NCBI GenBank assembly: GCA_038207085.1
Contig: JBBRAE010000001.1
Coordinates: forward strand, 32,001-96,000
Length of the DNA stretch: 64,000 bases
Source of the DNA: Armatimonadota bacterium
GTDB lineage: Bacteria > Armatimonadota > UBA5829 > DTLH01
Direction of reading: 5' to 3'
Shown here: positions 61,199 through 64,000 of the stretch, in pieces
How positions within the stretch are numbered: the stretch's first letter is position 1
Layout: every line of letters begins with the position of its first letter
Notes under the pieces: model-generated
What the model was told of the DNA's origin: nothing
What the model saw: only the letters and a program-made list of their open reading frames with translations
Databases searched by the model: none
Position numbers and translations under genes: made by a program

Positions 61199-62044
61199 AT
61201 GAACACCACAATCCTTAACAATCATCGTATTACTGGCCTTCTCACTATATCAATCGCGACTGCCCTGTTGGCGCTCTCACCGAGCTGCTACGCGCTCACG
61301 TCTAGCATTCGCTATCAGAAGCGCTGGGTTGGGGGACTACCCGCGCACGTGGTTACGATCAATCTGAACGATCCTGATGTTCAGGTTTCGTCAGTGCTTC
61401 CACGGTACGGAGTTGGGCGCTCGGAGTCCTGGCAGAACCTGGTTGGGCGGGCTCGGCCCACTGCTGCAATCACTGGGACCTATTTCCACACCCGCACATA
61501 TTACCCGACGGGGGATATCGTGATAGATGGCGACCTGAAGTGTGAGGGACGCGTGGGGACAGCTCTATGCATCGGCTGGAACAACAAAGCGACTATGATT
61601 CCAACAAAGCGTGGCTGCGCGCGGGATTGGTCGTGTTATAGGACGGTGCTAGTCGGCGGGCCTGTCGTTGTATGGGACGGACAAATTTCTGTTAATCCTA
61701 GGGAACAGGGATTCAGAGATTCACGTCTATTTGCTAGGAAAGCTCGGACGGCGGTTGGGGTGACGAAAGGCGGCAAGCTTCTGATGGTGGCGGTGACGAA
61801 GCCGGTTTATCTGAGGTCGCTTGGCAAGGTTATGAAGGGTCTTGGATGCAGCCGGGCGGCGGCTCTCGACGGCGGAGGGTCGACTGCACTATACTATAGG
61901 GGTAAGAGTCTGGCAAAGCCCTCCCGGCGGCTTACAAATTTGCTAGTGGCGTATGACACATCGGCGGCGCATGAGCGTGTCAGGAATGTGTTGGCGCCGC
62001 GGTCCGGGCAGTGGGCACAATTACCAGGTAGTTTTACCAGGTAA
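61199..62044 (+). CDS. secreted phosphodiester glycosidase (NAGPA-like) family protein
   Basis: Signal peptide; AAITGTYF, ARTAVG, ALDGGGST. Confidence 0.9.
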   Translation: MNTTILNNHRITGLLTISIATALLALSPSCYALTSSIRYQKRWVGGLPAHVVTINLNDPDVQVSSVLPRYGVGRSESWQNLVGRARPTAAITGTYFHTRTYYPTGDIVIDGDLKCEGRVGTALCIGWNNKATMIPTKRGCARDWSCYRTVLVGGPVVVWDGQISVNPREQGFRDSRLFARKARTAVGVTKGGKLLMVAVTKPVYLRSLGKVMKGLGCSRAAALDGGGSTALYYRGKSLAKPSRRLTNLLVAYDTSAAHERVRNVLAPRSGQWAQLPGSFTR

Positions 62045-62137
62045 TATAGTGTGATTCGGTCGTTGACACCTGTGCTTGGGGAGTTCGGCTACCGAAGATT
62101 ATAATATATACGTGCAGCCGTAGTTGGTGGGAGTACA

Positions 62138-62551
62138 ATGAGTGACGTTGCGCAAAACAGACGGGTTGAGACGTTTCCGGATGAGTTTTCGGGGTCTCGG
62201 AAGCGACTAGTTGTGGTTTCGAGTGATTCTACATATTCAGAGTCGCTGCGTAGTCATCTCGCGTCGGGGTTCGATGTGCTGATGGCAAGAAACGCCGGCG
62301 AAGCGGCTGCAAAGGCGTTTGCTGTGCATGTGGATCTGGTGGTTGTGGACCTCGGAAAGCCAGTGTTGGGCATCCCGGCGCTCTCGCGAATGCGCGATCT
62401 GAGCGATCCTCCGATTATCTGCGGCCTTGCGCCCGTCGATGACACTTCGGCTCAGGCCAAGTTTGATTATGACTTCGTGCTCGCCAGGCCCGACACGGGA
62501 GCTAACCTGCCGGACCGAATTCGATTCATACTCGCTAAGAAAGATAGTTAG
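62138..62551 (+). CDS. atypical receiver-like single-domain protein
   Basis: LVVVSSD..DLVVVDL pattern; acidic pocket and conserved Lys are degenerate. Confidence 0.6.
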   Translation: MSDVAQNRRVETFPDEFSGSRKRLVVVSSDSTYSESLRSHLASGFDVLMARNAGEAAAKAFAVHVDLVVVDLGKPVLGIPALSRMRDLSDPPIICGLAPVDDTSAQAKFDYDFVLARPDTGANLPDRIRFILAKKDS

Positions 62552-62560
62552 TCTTGGACA

Positions 62561-62598
62561 CTCCCTCAATCACAACATCTGAGTTGTGATTGAGGGAG
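62561..62598. terminator. bidirectional hairpin between convergent genes
   Basis: Perfect 16-bp stem CTCCCTCAATCACAAC/GTTGTGATTGAGGGAG. Confidence 0.75.
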
Positions 62599-62608
62599 AT
62601 GATATATT

Positions 62609-64000
62609 CTATGCTTGCGAGCGTGCCCTGCGTCTAAGTTTCCCCCTGAACATATCGATGGCCGTCTCAAGCTCCGACATCCGAAGTGCCTTCGCTACTG
62701 CCACGTAAGTTGTAAGCCCCAGCGTTCCAACAATGCCGATCTCCATAGCGGTCACTAGAACTCGCATCTTTTCACCCGTTGCCGGGCTGTAGATGATTGA
62801 CGCCGTCACGCCCCAGTTCTCAAAAAAGAAGTATGCAGGCAGCGCAACAACCGCAAGGGCGGCGGACGCGACGAACATTTTCCCAAATGAAATTGCGATC
62901 TGGCGGCCGTTGATTCCATTGACTCGTTTGCGGAGTATCCAAAGGAGCACAAAGGCGTGCAAGACAGCAGCGATTGAGGTTATCAGCGCGAGTCCCGCCG
63001 GTGCCCAGAGCGTTCCTTTGGGATTGCTGAGAGAATGGATAAAGCCCACACTCATACCGACGAACAGCACGGTCATAATAGTTCCAGTGATGACAACTGT
63101 CTTTGTGTCGTGAAGAGCGTAGAAGCCCCGGGCGATGATTGCCTGCATGCACCACGCGAAGATTCCGGTGCAGAAGAATACAAGTGCGAGAGCAGTGATC
63201 TGTGTGTCCTGACTCGTCACAAGCTTGCCGTGCTGGAAGACGATTCGCACGCAGGGAACGGCGAGGATCATCATCAGGACAGATGCCGGAAGCGCCATAA
63301 AGACTACGCGGCGAATGCCAAGGCTCACCTGTTCTCTATACTCTGGCCAAAGGCCTTTTGCGGCAAGCGTGGAGATCGTTGGGAAGAGTGCAATCGCAAA
63401 TGCAGTCCCAAGCACTCCGTATGGCACCTGCATCAGTCGGTTGGCGTTGTCGAGTGCGGTCACGGACCCCGTTCTAAGTAGCGTGGCGAAGTACTTGTTT
63501 AGCTGCACGTCCACCTGCGGAAGCGAAAGCCCGAGTATGACCGGAAGCATCAACGCAAACACCTTGCGCGCGCCCGGATGGCTTGTGTCGAAAGAGATGT
63601 TAAACTTGAACCCAATCTTGCGCACTGCAAGAAACTGTATCAGGAAGTTACCGACAAATGCGCCGATAAGCGCTCCCCAGGAGTATCCCGAGACTACTGG
63701 AGTGCCTACGCGCAGCGCTTGCTCCACTGTCGCTCGGACTTCGGGAGAAAGTGCGCTGGCGGACTTGGCCGTAGCGAACGTCTTCATCGCTGCAATAACT
63801 TCCGGGCTCTGCAGATATCGAAGCTCGTTTGGATGCATGTGCGCGGTGATCAGTCCGCCGCCGATGATCCCCAATGTGTATACCAGAGGGCCAAAGGCAG
63901 GGGCGAAAAACTTGTTCTTGGAGTAAAGCGTCCCCATCATCAGCCCGCCGACGAAGAAGAACGCCTGAGCTGGCAGGATGATCCGGGTAAGCGATGCCAT
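62609..64000 (-). CDS. murJ: lipid II flippase MurJ (5' end outside window)
   Basis: ANRLMQVPYG, ALFP, RGFYALHDTKT, multiple TM. Confidence 0.93.
   Translation of the reverse strand: MASLTRIILPAQAFFFVGGLMMGTLYSKNKFFAPAFGPLVYTLGIIGGGLITAHMHPNELRYLQSPEVIAAMKTFATAKSASALSPEVRATVEQALRVGTPVVSGYSWGALIGAFVGNFLIQFLAVRKIGFKFNISFDTSHPGARKVFALMLPVILGLSLPQVDVQLNKYFATLLRTGSVTALDNANRLMQVPYGVLGTAFAIALFPTISTLAAKGLWPEYREQVSLGIRRVVFMALPASVLMMILAVPCVRIVFQHGKLVTSQDTQITALALVFFCTGIFAWCMQAIIARGFYALHDTKTVVITGTIMTVLFVGMSVGFIHSLSNPKGTLWAPAGLALITSIAAVLHAFVLLWILRKRVNGINGRQIAISFGKMFVASAALAVVALPAYFFFENWGVTASIIYSPATGEKMRVLVTAMEIGIVGTLGLTTYVAVAKALRMSELETAIDMFRGKLRRRARSQA

Overview
Chromosomal, mostly housekeeping window from a bacterium with moderately high GC. 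The gene mix (T-box, Firmicutes-like dcw and fab synteny, a PEP-CTERM-like peptide, several CBM9 proteins) suggests a Terrabacteria lineage such as Armatimonadota; this is inference only. Contents in order: T-box(Leu)-controlled ilvD-ilvB-ilvN-orf-ilvC operon; GHL10/CBM9 hydrolase; a sigma-less partner-switching cluster (STAS-kinase fusion, GAF-PP2C phosphatase, RsbW-like kinase) beside a GGDEF/HD-GYP protein; a ~18 kb minus-strand run recG-coaD-pta-ackA-rpmF-plsX-fabHDG-acpP-fabF-rnc-mtnP-mtnA-apt; murB-ddl-ftsQ-DUF881-sbp-ftsA-ftsZ; araB; tRNA-Gln next to glnS; a second GGDEF/HD-GYP; ppdK; an MNT-HEPN pair; gpx; lemA; BON; two CBM9 proteins; alr; an EEP pseudogene; C39 peptidase; partial murJ. 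No CRISPR, rRNA, prophage or transposase was seen. The most notable non-obvious signals are an 81-bp CTAG-ended twin-hairpin REP-like repeat present twice, long RNase III-like stems in the rnc-containing operon, three sigmaH-like promoters, the partner-switch/c-di-GMP cluster, and a tiny signal-peptide plus sorting-signal peptide with a duplicated start region.
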